Of a DNA stretch of 64,000 nucleotides, positions 48,721 to 60,931 are shown piece after piece (the first letter of the stretch is position 1; every line of letters begins with the position of its first letter). Origin of the DNA: Raillietiella orientalis (taxonomy: Eukaryota); assembly GCA_036172245.1 (NCBI GenBank), contig JAYWIR010000099.1:1-64000 (forward strand), in the 5' to 3' direction. Position numbers and translations under genes: made by a program. The notes beneath the pieces are model-generated. The model saw only the letters and a list, made by a program, of their open reading frames with translations. It searched no databases and was not told the DNA's origin.

Positions 48721-51149
48721 TCCGAACTTGAGTGCACTCGATGTTCTCCGGAAATGAAGTAAGATCAAACTCTTCGGATGGTGCACCCTCGGTTATCACG
48801 GGCCCTTCTTGTCTGCTGTAAACGGAGCAAAAGAGACTGGAAGCGAGGGAAGAGCCGCGCTCGCGTTTCACTGCAGGGGACACCGTTCACGCAGGACCAT
48901 TTCGGCTCCATCGGACTGGAGCCTTCGCTGACTTTCTCAGCGCATTCGCCTTCGAGCGGTCAAGGCGAGGACTTTTGCCTTCCGAAGCGCACGCGCAACA
49001 GTCTTCGCCGCTTTTTCCCCCGCCTCTGCGTGCTGTAGCTCTACTCAGAAACCAAACTCCAATTTGGAGTCTTCTATTTGCAAGTGCCAGGGAAGACACC
49101 TATCTCAAAAGGATGCGGCACAGCTGGCGATGTGGCTGAAACAACCACATTGCAAGGTCCAAGTTGGCGGTGCGTTCATAGCAAAGGTTGACAGTTGCCG
49201 ACGTTGTTCACAGACGACGCTGCTTTCCAGACAGCAGCGCTGACATCTTTGGAAGAAGCGTTTCGGTGTCAACGCATCGGTCCTCAGACGACGTTCTGGT
49301 TGTGGGGATACGAGATAAAGGAAGGCAGTTCCATTGCTCTCGGGTCATCCTTCCTGTGGCTCATCAGTGGCTGCCGGAGCAACTTTCCCGCTTGGATGAC
49401 GGAAAAATTGGGTCTCCAGTTTGAAACCGCCAGCCGTGTGCGCAGACTGAGAGTCAAAGGCAGACGGAAGGTCTGCTCGCGCTGAGGATGGACTCGGTTT
49501 CCTGAGGGTGGCGAACCTAAGGTTGCAAAGGCGTAGGCGCCGGCACTGTCCATGCTAGATGTAAACGAGGCAACTGCGACCCTGCGAAGCGCGTCGCCGT
49601 CTCTGCCGGGATGGGGGGTCGGTTGCTGGGGTGGGGCGTTCTGCCGACGCCACTCGATACCAGACCACTACCGATCACCGCGGATGCGCTGGAGTGTCTA
49701 CTGGACAAAAGGTGCCACCCATGTCGGTCGTCCCCGCCGGGGAGCGACGTCGACTTCACAAGGGAGAGTCGCGAAGGGATTTGTCTGCCACTTGGTCGTC
49801 GGACACTGACCGCACTCTAAAGGGGAGAGGTCGCGAAATGCGCAGCTGAGCCGGGAAGAAGGAAAGGTGGCGCTTCGTCTTGGCACGTCCTCAACGCGAA
49901 GTTGCTGCGGCTACGTGAATGAGAAAGAGGAGTCCTGGTTTTGAGCTTCAGGCTGAATGAAGGCCTGTCTGGATTTCGACTAAGCACGGGAGTCAGGTAC
50001 CTGGAGTCCCCTACACCCACAAAAGGACTCTGGGTATTAGTAAGAGTTCATCAGCAGAGAAAGAAAGGTCTGCGGTTGTTCGACACACTTAGATGTAAGT
50101 ACAGGAGTGAGAGGTAGACCATGCTTGCCCTCTCCTCGTAGTCTATGCGCCTACTTTTGACGATTAGGGAAAAGACCTTCAGGAATTGTTCCATGTCGAG
50201 TTTGCAATGAAGGAGCACAACGTACAAGTCCGAGATTAATTTGAAGTTCTTGTTCTCCAATTTCCTCCGGAATTCGCTGCACATTCCGGGAATGATCAAT
50301 TCGGAATGATTCAAGTTGGTGTACTTCAAGAAATTGACAAACCTCATGGAGTAAAATCGGTGCCTGTTGTTGGGGTACCTCATCACTTTCCTTATGATAT
50401 TTCTGAGTTTATATTTTTCCATAGTCAGTATCTTTTCTTGCACGCTGTTCGGGAAATCTTCGGGGAAGAGAGAGGGAGGGGGCGGGGAAGAGAATGAGCA
50501 GTGAATAGGGATTTGCTGACTGTCGGAAGGAAAAGACTTCAAGGAAGAGAAAGATTTCAAGAAGCTCTGATCCGTTCCCAAGGCGACCGCTTTTTTGGTT
50601 TTTTATTTCTCGTTGGATTGCTGCGTAGTGTTGCATGTTCCCCGTGAACTCGGAACCTGTCCGCGGTGATCGCGGGCGGCCCCAACAACCTCCTCGGTCC
50701 ACTTCAGGGATTGCTCGCGGTTCGCAAGTGCGGCAGCGACCGATACTTTCGGCCACCGTGTCGGAGGTGGTCGGTCGAAAGCGCTGGTCGAAACGCATCC
50801 ACAGTGTGTGATGCACGCGTCCTTCATTGGCGACCTCTCTGCAAGAGGCAGCACCTTCGGTCCGGCATTGAAAAATTAATCAAGGAGGGCGCAAAGCCAA
50901 GCAATTGCCGAATTCGGCCGGCTGGTTTCCTGCCGAGGGATACAAGAGAAAGCGAGTCTCCGAGATGGAAGTTCCAGCATGAGATTCCAGAGAACGCGAC
51001 GTCGGGGCTGCTACCAAAAAGTAGTCTCCTGAATCTCGAAAATGCACGGCACTTTCAGGAAGGCCGAGTCTTCGAAAGAACAGACATAAATCATTAATTG
51101 CTAAATTGTATTCGTGCTCGTTTTCACGTATGATGGTGGAACCAGGAGC

Positions 51150-51850
51150 ACGGCAGCGGCTACCGTGACTTCCGGAACCGTCTCCTTGGTCTCCGCGCAC
51201 GTGCCAACGACTTCCTACAGCCAGCCACTGTTGTCCGCGGAGAGACAGAAGATCCATGAGTTTCCCTATTCAGTGTGGACGCACTTTTGTGCTGGATTTC
51301 TCAGTGGACCACGGCGGCGCGCAAAGAAAGAAGAGAGGACTTTGCAGCCGGTAGCTCGCCTGGCAAGGAGGGGTGCCGGGTCTGCGTTGGTTGGTGCTGC
51401 ACTGTTTCGCCGCTGGGGTCGGAATTCCACAATGGAGCTGTCACGCCAGGTGCCCTCACCACGGGCTGCTGAGACCACCTTCGCCTTGGGCTATAGAAGT
51501 TCAAGACGAACTCGGGACCTCCCATGGATGGATCCACAGAGCGATTCTGAGGAAGTCGTTTTTCCGCGTCTTGAAACGGTTAGCTGATGAGCAAACAAGA
51601 AGCCGGGAGGCAGAAGACGGGCACCACGAACATTCACCACATCGTGGTCCGTTCCAGCCAGTGGGATTTGGCTTTTTAGAAAGGGCTGAGAGCCCGTTCT
51701 GGCTTCCGAAGAGTGGGGAGTGTCTTCTGCTTGGTCCGAGTAAAAAGGGGAGCGACTTTACTTTAGACTCAGTGACCACGACGAGCTGCGCTCGGAAGGT
51801 CCGCTGACTCGCAAGTGCGTTGCACCTTTCAGGTGCATTCTCGAGGGCTT
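51150..51850 (-). mobile_element. Possible degenerate APE endonuclease relic of another LINE
   Basis: Ordered weak motifs across frames: AQLVVVTESK, ALWIH, VLNFYSP, LPGEL. Confidence 0.3.
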
Positions 51851-51999
51851 TTCTTTTCCCAGGGTGTGGACGTTTGATTTGCCGACATGCGCGAGAAGGC
51901 AATGTCGGCAAAGGACCTGCCCGCAACTGCACTGGAAGCGAAGCAGGCCGCTCCGCAATAGGGAACCCATGCTGGCTTCAGAGAGAAGAGCAAGAAGTC

Positions 52000-54574
52000 T
52001 CTCATTCTAGTCCACGCTTCTGTAAAGATGCCTCCGCTGCAGCAGCGGCCAACGAATCCCCAGCGGATGCAAAAATGCGGGTTTATATAGCCCGACGCTA
52101 TAAACCCGCAATCCGCTACAAGGTAAGGCTCCTACCTATGACGTGACAGAGTTTCTCAAGCTCACGAGGGTCAGCGTTTGCGAGAAAGACCCGGGGAATC
52201 CCGCATCATGCTGGCGGGGAACGAAGGCTGAGAGGTCATCCGCAAAAGTGCAGAACTCATCCAACACCTTCTTCGCACGCTGTTGAGCATCGCACGGTGT
52301 TCCCTTCCGCGGAGGATCCGTCCTTTGTCCATTACTTGAAGGGCATCCCGTTCCGTGTGTCAGACCGCGTCGTTGCGGTCGGACGCACGGAACGGATCGC
52401 GCCACCGTCGATACCTTCTGAAGAAAAGGCCAAAAATAGATCTGCAGGCGCAGTCCAGCATGCTGGCACCGTTTGCTGAGCCGTGCATCTCTCCGTGATG
52501 CACGCCTGCGCGCCTCATCCTAAGGCGTTTGCGTTGGCAGCCTTTGTCGCTGCTTCTGCGCTGGCGATACGGCATGCAGGGATTTGGATTCCCGCTGAGA
52601 CCAATTGCCTCGCACCTGGACGCCTATCCTTCGACCTCCTGCCGCCCAATGAACTCAGATGGGTGGCGGCAGGAGGTGTTTGTCTCCTGGGCTACTACAG
52701 TGGGAGAGAGCTCAGACGTACTTCGTCGCTGCGGTCCTTCCACAACCGCATCGAAGGCTCTGTGACTGCTGCGGTCTCCGCGTGTGGCACCATCACGCGC
52801 TGCGGCTTCGAATACCCCAAACTGAATCTCAGCAGTGCGTCGGGGTTGGAGTTCCTCCCGCAAGGTGACGCTGGTTGGCCGGCATTCATTCGGGTGCGGC
52901 GCCAGCCGTAGAGGTTGACTCCAGATGCTCCTGATGAGGGCCGGGACAATGGGAGTCGATCTGCGGGTCCTTCCAGTAAGTGGGAGTGGAGAGGAGTGGG
53001 AGTTGCCCTCAGATTGTGAACGAACTGACCTCCCATTCAGGGGGGGGACTCCGCGTCGAACTGATTAAGTCGATGTGTCGCTACCTCTCCAGAGAGTGCA
53101 GAGAAGCGAGTCGCTCATTTCGAGGAAGCAGAGCCCTTCAGAAAAGTTTGGAAGCGTCCCTTCGGGGTTCTCTTCAGATGAGTAAGCAGGAGTGACTCCC
53201 TTAAGGTTTCCCACAGGAGAAGAAATTCCTGATAGAGAATCCTTTCCGAGTTCCCTCTGAAGAAGAAAAAATGTAGCAGATCCACTCGGGGTACCTCCGG
53301 AGATAATAAGGAAGGAGGATTCCCTTCGAAGTTTTCTGCAGAGACAACCAGGGTGGAAGTGATCTCCATTCCGGGAATCCTTCCCCGAACGTGAGAGGAA
53401 CGGTCTCCGAGCCTTCCTGGATTCACACGGCGGTCTCCTCTCGGGGTACTCACTATCTTGAAGAATTACACGTACCTTCGGGTGGCATGAAACAGTGTTA
53501 AGGAGCAGCGAAGACAGAAAAGAAAGATTTCCATCATCCTGAATATGTTTTGCAGGACATGAAAAGGACTGCTGTATAACCCCTCGCCTCTTGCCTCAGC
53601 GCTGTCTGTTCCAAGGGCAAGTGATGACAGCTGTCTACCGGCGAGGTGAGAGTTGTCCTGCACCATTGCAGCAAGAACAAAACTGCTGGGAGGTAGAGAG
53701 ATAAAGGAGCTAGTGGACTCCGTCAATCCACTTCAAAGGGAGGAGGACTGCTTCGATGGAGCGAGCTGTTCAGAGTGGCCTCCGAAGGACTCGTTGTCCC
53801 TCGTCTGCGCATAAGCTCGTGTTCCCGCCGAAACGAAAACCCAACATCCTGCTGTTCCTGGATTGGGGTTTCCAGTGCAGCCAGCGAAGGGACAGGATTT
53901 CCGAAAACGTTGCGTCTCCTGACTGCTTGAAGTGCGGGACTACTAAACCGTTCTCTCACCTCTCGTCAGACTGCGGTGCCCTCCAGGAACTTTGCCCCAG
54001 GCTGAACTCAGCACTTCTGAGGTCCGGAGACACTGCGACGGACTTGCTGCGGCGATTCTTCGTGACAGGTGGAGCCGCGACAGGCGCCGTGGTTGCGAAG
54101 ACGCGTTGCATCCGTGCCATAGTTACGGCCGCCATTTGCTGGAGACAGAGACGCAGCGAACAGAGGCCGCCAGCGTCGCATTGTCCACATGAGGACGGAA
54201 GAAGTCAACAAGAAGATTCAAGATATTCTGCGCTGCCTCCAAAAGAAACACACGGACATTTCCAGTGACCCTTGACCCATTCGAAATTTTATACAATTGT
54301 TTACTGCCCACTCCAGACCGTTTTGGACTTTCCCCGGTGTTTCGTGAAGGAACGAAAAAAGCCAGAGATTCTTCCCCTTTCAATTTATTTTTGTTTTTGT
54401 TTTTTGTCCCTTATTTGACGATCGGGAAACTGGTCGGGCGTGTCGGTAAACCAACCCCTTGAACTTCCGTTGTAAATTTTCCATAAGGACATTGCTGTTT
54501 CGACAATGCATTTTCTGAATTTTAGAATTATTTTGTTCATGTAGAATAAACGCCCTAACGCCACCGGGTGCAAA
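52000..54574 (+). mobile_element. Old internally deleted LINE J (ORF1 N-terminus joined to ORF2 C-terminus) carrying a foreign insert
   Basis: YIARRYKPAIRYKV and DPSFVHYLKG match E ORF1; QGFGFPLR..SCRPMN and LLFLDWGFQC..ASPDCLKC match ORF2; AATAAA 54545-54550 plus degenerate hairpin. Confidence 0.75.
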
Positions 54575-54836
54575 TCTGTACGAATCAGAGCAGTTTATAA
54601 CCACGATAAGGAAGGTTCAACCACCACGTGTACTCCTCACATCGGAATTCAGCTGACCAAAATGATCGTTTGAGGCAAATGGCAGTAAACGATCGCAATG
54701 GAGGCGCTTGCTCCGCTCATGTCGAAATCCAAGGGCACCAGACGTTGACAGTAGCTGTCTACAAGACCATCCTGCACTCGACTATGGGTCTCCTAATATG
54801 GCCGTCTGTTTCCCAAGCTGTTTCCAATAACAAGAC

Positions 54837-55161
54837 GACAGAAACATCGCTCCTTGCTGCCTGTGCTCGTGCCAACTGCGATATTATGAAGATTTGCACC
54901 TTCGAGTGCCGCGACGGTGGATCATACGTGACAACCTCCGACGCAAACCGCAGTCCTCATCCAAGAAGCAAGTTTCTTTGCTTCTACTTTTCTATGCTTC
55001 CCAGAAGGGTAGAAGACGTTCCTTGCTACAGGACTAGCGATTTCCTCGCCCATGAAACGATCGGGTCCAGTCAGGAACTCCCGTTTGATTGCTCCAGGAC
55101 CTCACATCCCCTCTGCTCCTGAGCATCAGAAGATGATATTTGGGAACTTTTTGAACTCTGT
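54837..55161 (-). repeat. Inverted copy of the 45145-45468 repeat
   Basis: Same peptide on the opposite strand (RVQKVPKYHLL..NQTGVPDWTRSFHGR). Confidence 0.8.
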
Positions 55162-55274
55162 TGACGGCAAGGCGGTCCCTTCCCATCGTTCCTCTTAGGA
55201 AAGCAAAGTACCTTTGTCCTCTCCAGCAGTGAAAACAGCTTGCATGATTGAGTTTCGCTGGTTCCATGGAGACG

Positions 55275-55465
55275 AGTCCTTGATCGCAGAAGTGCTGAGT
55301 TCAACCTCCGCCAAAGTTCCAGGAGGACACCGCAGTCCGACGAGAGGTACGGGAGCGGTTCGATCGTTCCTCACTTCAAACAGTCTGGGGACGCAACGTC
55401 CCCGAAAATCCTGTTCCTTCGCTGGCTGCCCTGGAAACCCCAATCCAGGGACAGCAGGATGCGTC
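55275..55465 (-). mobile_element. LINE zinc-finger-region fragment (J family)
   Basis: ILLSLDWGFQGSQRRNRI..VASPDCLK; inverted homolog of about 53843-54030. Confidence 0.8.
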
Positions 55466-57825
55466 GTACAGCTGGTTTTCTGGATCGCATGATGCCTTCA
55501 TAGCTGTCATAAGCCATCTCGTTGACTGCTGTGTAGCTCGGTGTTGCTGAGTGCAGGATTGCTTTGCTGGACAAGTATCGTGATATCTTCGTGTCGAAGC
55601 TTCAAGAACGAATCTTTGAATATCGTCGTCAATTTCATTCCCGGATGGCGGAAACTTTGTCCTAAAACTGAATCACGTCAATGGAAAGCGTTCGAGACGA
55701 TGGTCGTCTGACCATTCCAGCACGGTTCGCATACCTCGAGTCACACACGGTTGGCATTTTCGAGGGCGACGGGATGGAAATCCTTTCGTCTGGTTTGTGA
55801 CATGAGATTGTTCATCCGCCTAACCCTTGGAAACGCAATTTAGAAGAGCTTTTGTTTAAAACATCTGTTGTACTGAAACAGAGCTTGCCCGGACGTTGAC
55901 ATTTCAAACCTATGGACCGTCATAGCGCGTACTGAAACTAAAAGGAAATGCAATTTGCTCGCATTTCGACATCTTCATCTTTTAAGACACTGCTGCGGAT
56001 CGCTTGCTTGTTCTAGTGCTATCGTTCTTCAGGACACCAGGATGCGACAGTATATGAGAACAAGCTTTGAGACGACTTCCGACTCTGACGATGTTACTCT
56101 CAAACTCTCTTTTGACGACCATTTCTTTTATTTCAGCGTGCTGCAGAATACCAATTGCTCCGTACAGTAGAACATTTATGTCGACGTTCACTGATATCAT
56201 ATATTGTTCTCCAGTCGACGAATGTGATGCAAGACGCTATAGCACTCTTTCGATGAAGCTTCAATTGCATACTCATCAACTACTCATGGGGATTGTATTC
56301 ATTGAAATGACCGTCGGCTGTTCAGTCGTTCTCAGTGTTCCTATGAAACCTGTGAGAGTTGCGTTTCGAAGCAAGTTTTTATGTGACTCAGACGTTTGGC
56401 AAGAGTTGTCCAGCTGTAGCTGACGCAAATCGCCGCTTCAGAATATTACGTATTGAACGCACTGAACTCCCTACGGAAATCAGCTCTGATCTCACGCAAT
56501 CGTAAATTCATAACATGAAGGAGATCAGAGTTAACTATGCTCACTCTGCACACAATGATGGCTCGAACGCTTAAGAAGCCGTTTCTATGCAGGCGCAGCC
56601 GTTTCTCGCATTCCCATTTTGAATGCATGATGAACCATCGTAGCGTTCACCGGGACAACGGCCCCTCCTGTCGACGCGCAAGCAACGAATGCCTTAGCAA
56701 TCCGGTTGATACCCTGACTAAGGTGATGGCACCTTTTCATGATTATCTTCAAAGGAAATATTTTAATGCAACAAAACCTCAAGACCCGAAAACAATACGT
56801 CTTTCAGGCTGCAGATCATGTACTGCAACTGCACATGCCATCCGTGAGAGTGTACGTCAGGAGGCGAAGAGAGATTTATCACCCAGTCACAGCGTGGCGT
56901 TCATTCGAAAAATGAGCAAACATGCTGAGGACTCCAACAAAATAACAAGTGATTCAAAGGGAGGGTCAGCCGATACGCGGCTTGGTTTCTCCAGAAGTCC
57001 AAAACGGGTGGGAGAGGATGACAACCAAAGGGCAAGCGAAAGAACGAATGGCAAAGGAAGTGGTCTTTTGCTTTGTCCGTTTCTTCTCATGCACCAGGAA
57101 TTGTCCGGAATGGGAAGGAGGGGACAGTGACTAAATAAACAACAGAAAAAGGGTGAGGATTAGGGTCACTGGTTTCGGTGTTCCAAATTTGAATATTTTC
57201 TGAAACCCTATCTTATGATATACGTTCCAGAAAATGCATGAAGATACTCTCCGAATCAATGGACTACAGTGTGTCCTTACTAGACATACAAAAGGAATAC
57301 ATTATCTAATAAATCACAATGGCATCAATTGATACAAGGAAATTTTAATATGAAAATGAATATGGATTCCGAATACGTATACAAATATGGGCAGCTTGTA
57401 TTCGTTATAATTTATGAATATAAACTGATAGTGGTGTAGTGTATTCGAAGCATCCACCCAAGCAATTTGCATATTATTTCCTGTTCTGAACACTTTCTAC
57501 AAGGGTGAAAACGGATGTGGTAATTCTTGTGTTTCTCACGAACGATGGTTTCCCCGTTTTGAGAAGGGCATTCGAATTCGTCGGCTTTGGGGTTTGGGGT
57601 GTTTCCGTTCCAAAAATGCAGTTGTCAAGGAAAAGAACTTTATTCACTTTATTCGAGCGTGAGTGCATTGCTTTCGTTCCCAAGCTGTCGAACGGATGGT
57701 TCGCATCGTTTTCTAGAAATTCGTTTTCCAGGTATCAAGGTGAGCAGGGAATCTCATGGAAATATTTGTATCACGCTCAAAAGAGTTCCTAGCCGTGCCC
57801 AACACGGTATGATCGAAATTGAAAA

Positions 57826-60814
57826 ATGCCTTTTATGAAAGGCGCGTCTCCTTTTCGGAGAAGCCTGAAATATTTGGAGGCGGGAAGCCTTTGTTTGAAA
57901 GACAGAGTCAAAATTGTTGCTTTTCATTTCGCAGAGGGTAAAAATCATGAAGGATTGAGGTAAATGGAAGTAGCTTTCTTTCATCCTGGGGACTACATTT
58001 TAAAGTTGTGGTTCTCAGCACTCGGGAATCCAAACCTTGTATGGATGAAAAGCATGGCTTTTTCTTTTCAGAGAATTTTTATTTTGGCATGGATGTCAGC
58101 TTCAATACAAGAACCCTGATGTCCAGATGGTCGGCTTCTACAAAGTGACTCCAACTCCTTTCATTCATTTTTATTTCGGTAAATATCATTTATTTCTATA
58201 TTGTGTATTTCTTGAGACTGTGAAGAACTCCAGGCAACGTTTCCAGCTTAGATGAAGCTGAAATAAATTTCCTGTGAATGGAATCAAGGGAGTCTCAAGC
58301 ATACGTTCATACTCAGTTGATAATTACCCGTAACTGATTGGTTGTAATGTACACTTTTTATAATTGATTAGAAAATATGAAAACAGTGCTACACTGTGAA
58401 TACCTTCAAATATGGTGGTTTGTGAATTTTGGAATCTGGATGTCAGTGTGCTGTCATGATTTAATGAACTTGTTTCCAAATTTGCTGTTAAATTAGTTGG
58501 AAGGTTTTTTGGAATAATCAGGAAATGGAAAACCAAACTACTTTAAGTGCATTGTTCTGAAAAATTTTGTGGTGATCATTTGAATATTTCTTTTTTAGTA
58601 GTAACCTTATGTGTCCTAGGTTTTGTTATGTGACAACAGTAAGATTATGTCGTTAGTATGTCGCAGTGTAATATAAAGACTGATTGTTTGGTGTTTAATC
58701 TGGAAAATACTGGGATATGGTTTGCTTGATGCAAATCACTTCATGATATATTGTTATGATGCTGACAATGTGATCCACACTGAATATTGTTTACTGTGTT
58801 GAACCTCAAACAAAGATAACGGAAGTTTCTACCTGATTTTCACTGATTGCTTGCAGCAAGGGTTCATTATGAATGCTGGAATTGAAGTGAAGTGAAGGGA
58901 AAGGATAGATTTTTAGAAACACACATGTTGCATCAACCTCCTCGAAATAGATTTCATATAAACTCTGTGAGGCAATTTCCATGTGATCCTGAAAAATGCA
59001 GCTTCTACTTAAAAGTGCTGACTATATCCAGTGTTTTGTACACTGTGAAACAGTGCCCTCTGCAAGCTCAATATGCCATTCAGAACATCTTCAGGAAGTG
59101 TAACAGCATAGTGGTTACCAAGAACTTTAGAATGGAATTCTTGGCTTATTGTTGAAATGTATTCAGAAGTGTACTAAGCACATTATGTCAAAAGTGGGGT
59201 CCAGAGCTAGTAGGCATTTTCATATGATGTGAAGATTCATATGATGGAATGGTGAATTTCCTTGTTAAGAGAATAGCATGCTTTGTAAACTCGCACAATT
59301 CAATTTGAATTCTAGTAATTTTCTAGTAGGAAAGTTTACAGAACTTTGAATCAGAAAAGGAATAAATACTTTAAGGAGAACAAAGTGGAAGTTCTGATTG
59401 CAAATCCAGAAGGAATGCATTGAATATGCTTGCCTACCGTTTTGGTTGAAAGGTATTGTTTGTAGGGTGTTTGTGATGAAAAGAAAAATCAACTCAGCAT
59501 CATCAGGTTTGCCCTGATGATGCTGAGTTGATTTTTGCCCTGAGGTTTGCCCTGAGGTATTGGTGTGTGCAATCTGCATACTGGTGAGGAAAGTAAGGAA
59601 AGCACTGATGGGCTTCTCTTTATGGAAATCGTGGAAATGATTAATTTGTTTTGTTGACTTTGTATTGAAGTGGAGCCCCTGCAAATTTTGTGAAGGCTTT
59701 CAGCAAGTGTACTTTGTATTTATGTTTGTGGCAAGGAAATCTGTTTGAAAACTAGCCACTTTAAGCTGCCTTTACCACATGGTAATCTAATGTAAATCTT
59801 TGATTTGCATGATGAATATTAAATTGCCATTGGTGGTTATGTAATTAGTAGCATTTGCATCACTATTTAATGCATCCAAATTCAAGCAGTAGGATGACTT
59901 AATTTCCATGATATGCATAGATGCAGGTGTATACACATGTTATGGACAATTGAAACTGTGCTTAGTGCTAGATGTCATTGAATCTGCTTTTCTCATTCAT
60001 GGCCTGGTTTGCTTTTTGGTTTCGACAAATGTTCAAGCACTTGTAGCACTTGCAGTCTTGAAAATAAGATGGGAATGTACAGAAATCAGTAGTAAATGCT
60101 TTGAAGCATCAGCTAAGATGAGAGGAACAGCCAATTTGCAGGATTGCTGCTCAGGCTGTTTGGAAAATTGAATGATGAATATGTGAAGGGCAGTGGCACA
60201 TAATAAACCACTCTGCATATTTTGGGAGAGTTATAAAAATATGCACAGTTCACACTCTGTGTTTATTGGTAAAACTTTGTCAAACAGATGGCCTTATATT
60301 CTTGAGCTTTGTTAAAATGTTGAATGCTAGTATTTCTACATATTTGTTCATGAATGGAAATGTTGCAGATAATGGTGAGAGAGCATTAGTTGACTGCGAC
60401 AATAAAGATAAGGATGAGATCCACGACTGGATTAAGAAGATCATCTGTTTGCCTCAGTATGTTTTTTTTTTTTCTTCCTGTTCTTTTTTATGTCTTTCAT
60501 TCACATTTGTTGATAATATAGTGTAGTGCTGTACAGGAAATTTTCTTTGTGATAGCTTGCCTTAGGAATTATTAAAATAATGCAATTTGAAGTAAAGTGG
60601 CTAAGAAAATCAAACTCTCTTGTTGTTTGTTCTCCAGCTTCTTTTTTGTTCTAGAAAGCAAGCTGAAAAAGTGAAAGATGTTGATCTAGCACATCAAGCA
60701 TATTTTGGTTTTGACTGCCCCCGACATTGCATCTGTGAAGTTCCAGGTCAGCTGCCATGCCCCAGTTTGGTCCACTTGCCCAACATGCTTCGTGGTAAAC
60801 ATAGATTTGCATAG
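57826..60814 (+). CDS. MRPS25: Mitochondrial ribosomal protein S25 (mS25), 162 aa; exons 57826-57959, 58072-58178, 60369-60456, 60655-60814
   Basis: GT-AG introns with consistent phases (134+107+88+160 = 489 nt). Protein MPFMKGASPFRRSLKYLEAG..QLQYKNPDVQ..TPTPFIHFYFDNGERALVD..HCICEVPGQLPCPSLVHLPNMLRGK, recognised as the metazoan MRPS25 pattern. Confidence 0.93.
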
Positions 60815-60925
60815 GCGTATTGGGATTGGGGAAAAAAGAGTGAAATCACAGAAGAGATTTTCACAAAGAAAACATGGTTTTGGAATGTGAATCACTTGTA
60901 GAAAACATCTCTTGGTGTTGTGAAT

Positions 60926-60931
60926 AATAAA
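60926..60931 (+). terminator. Probable MRPS25 polyadenylation signal
   Basis: AATAAA about 110 nt after the stop codon, followed by GT/T-rich sequence. Confidence 0.55.

Noticed and set aside
56537..57130. 197-aa ORF upstream of MRPS25
   Set aside because: No recognisable motif or splice support; left uncalled.
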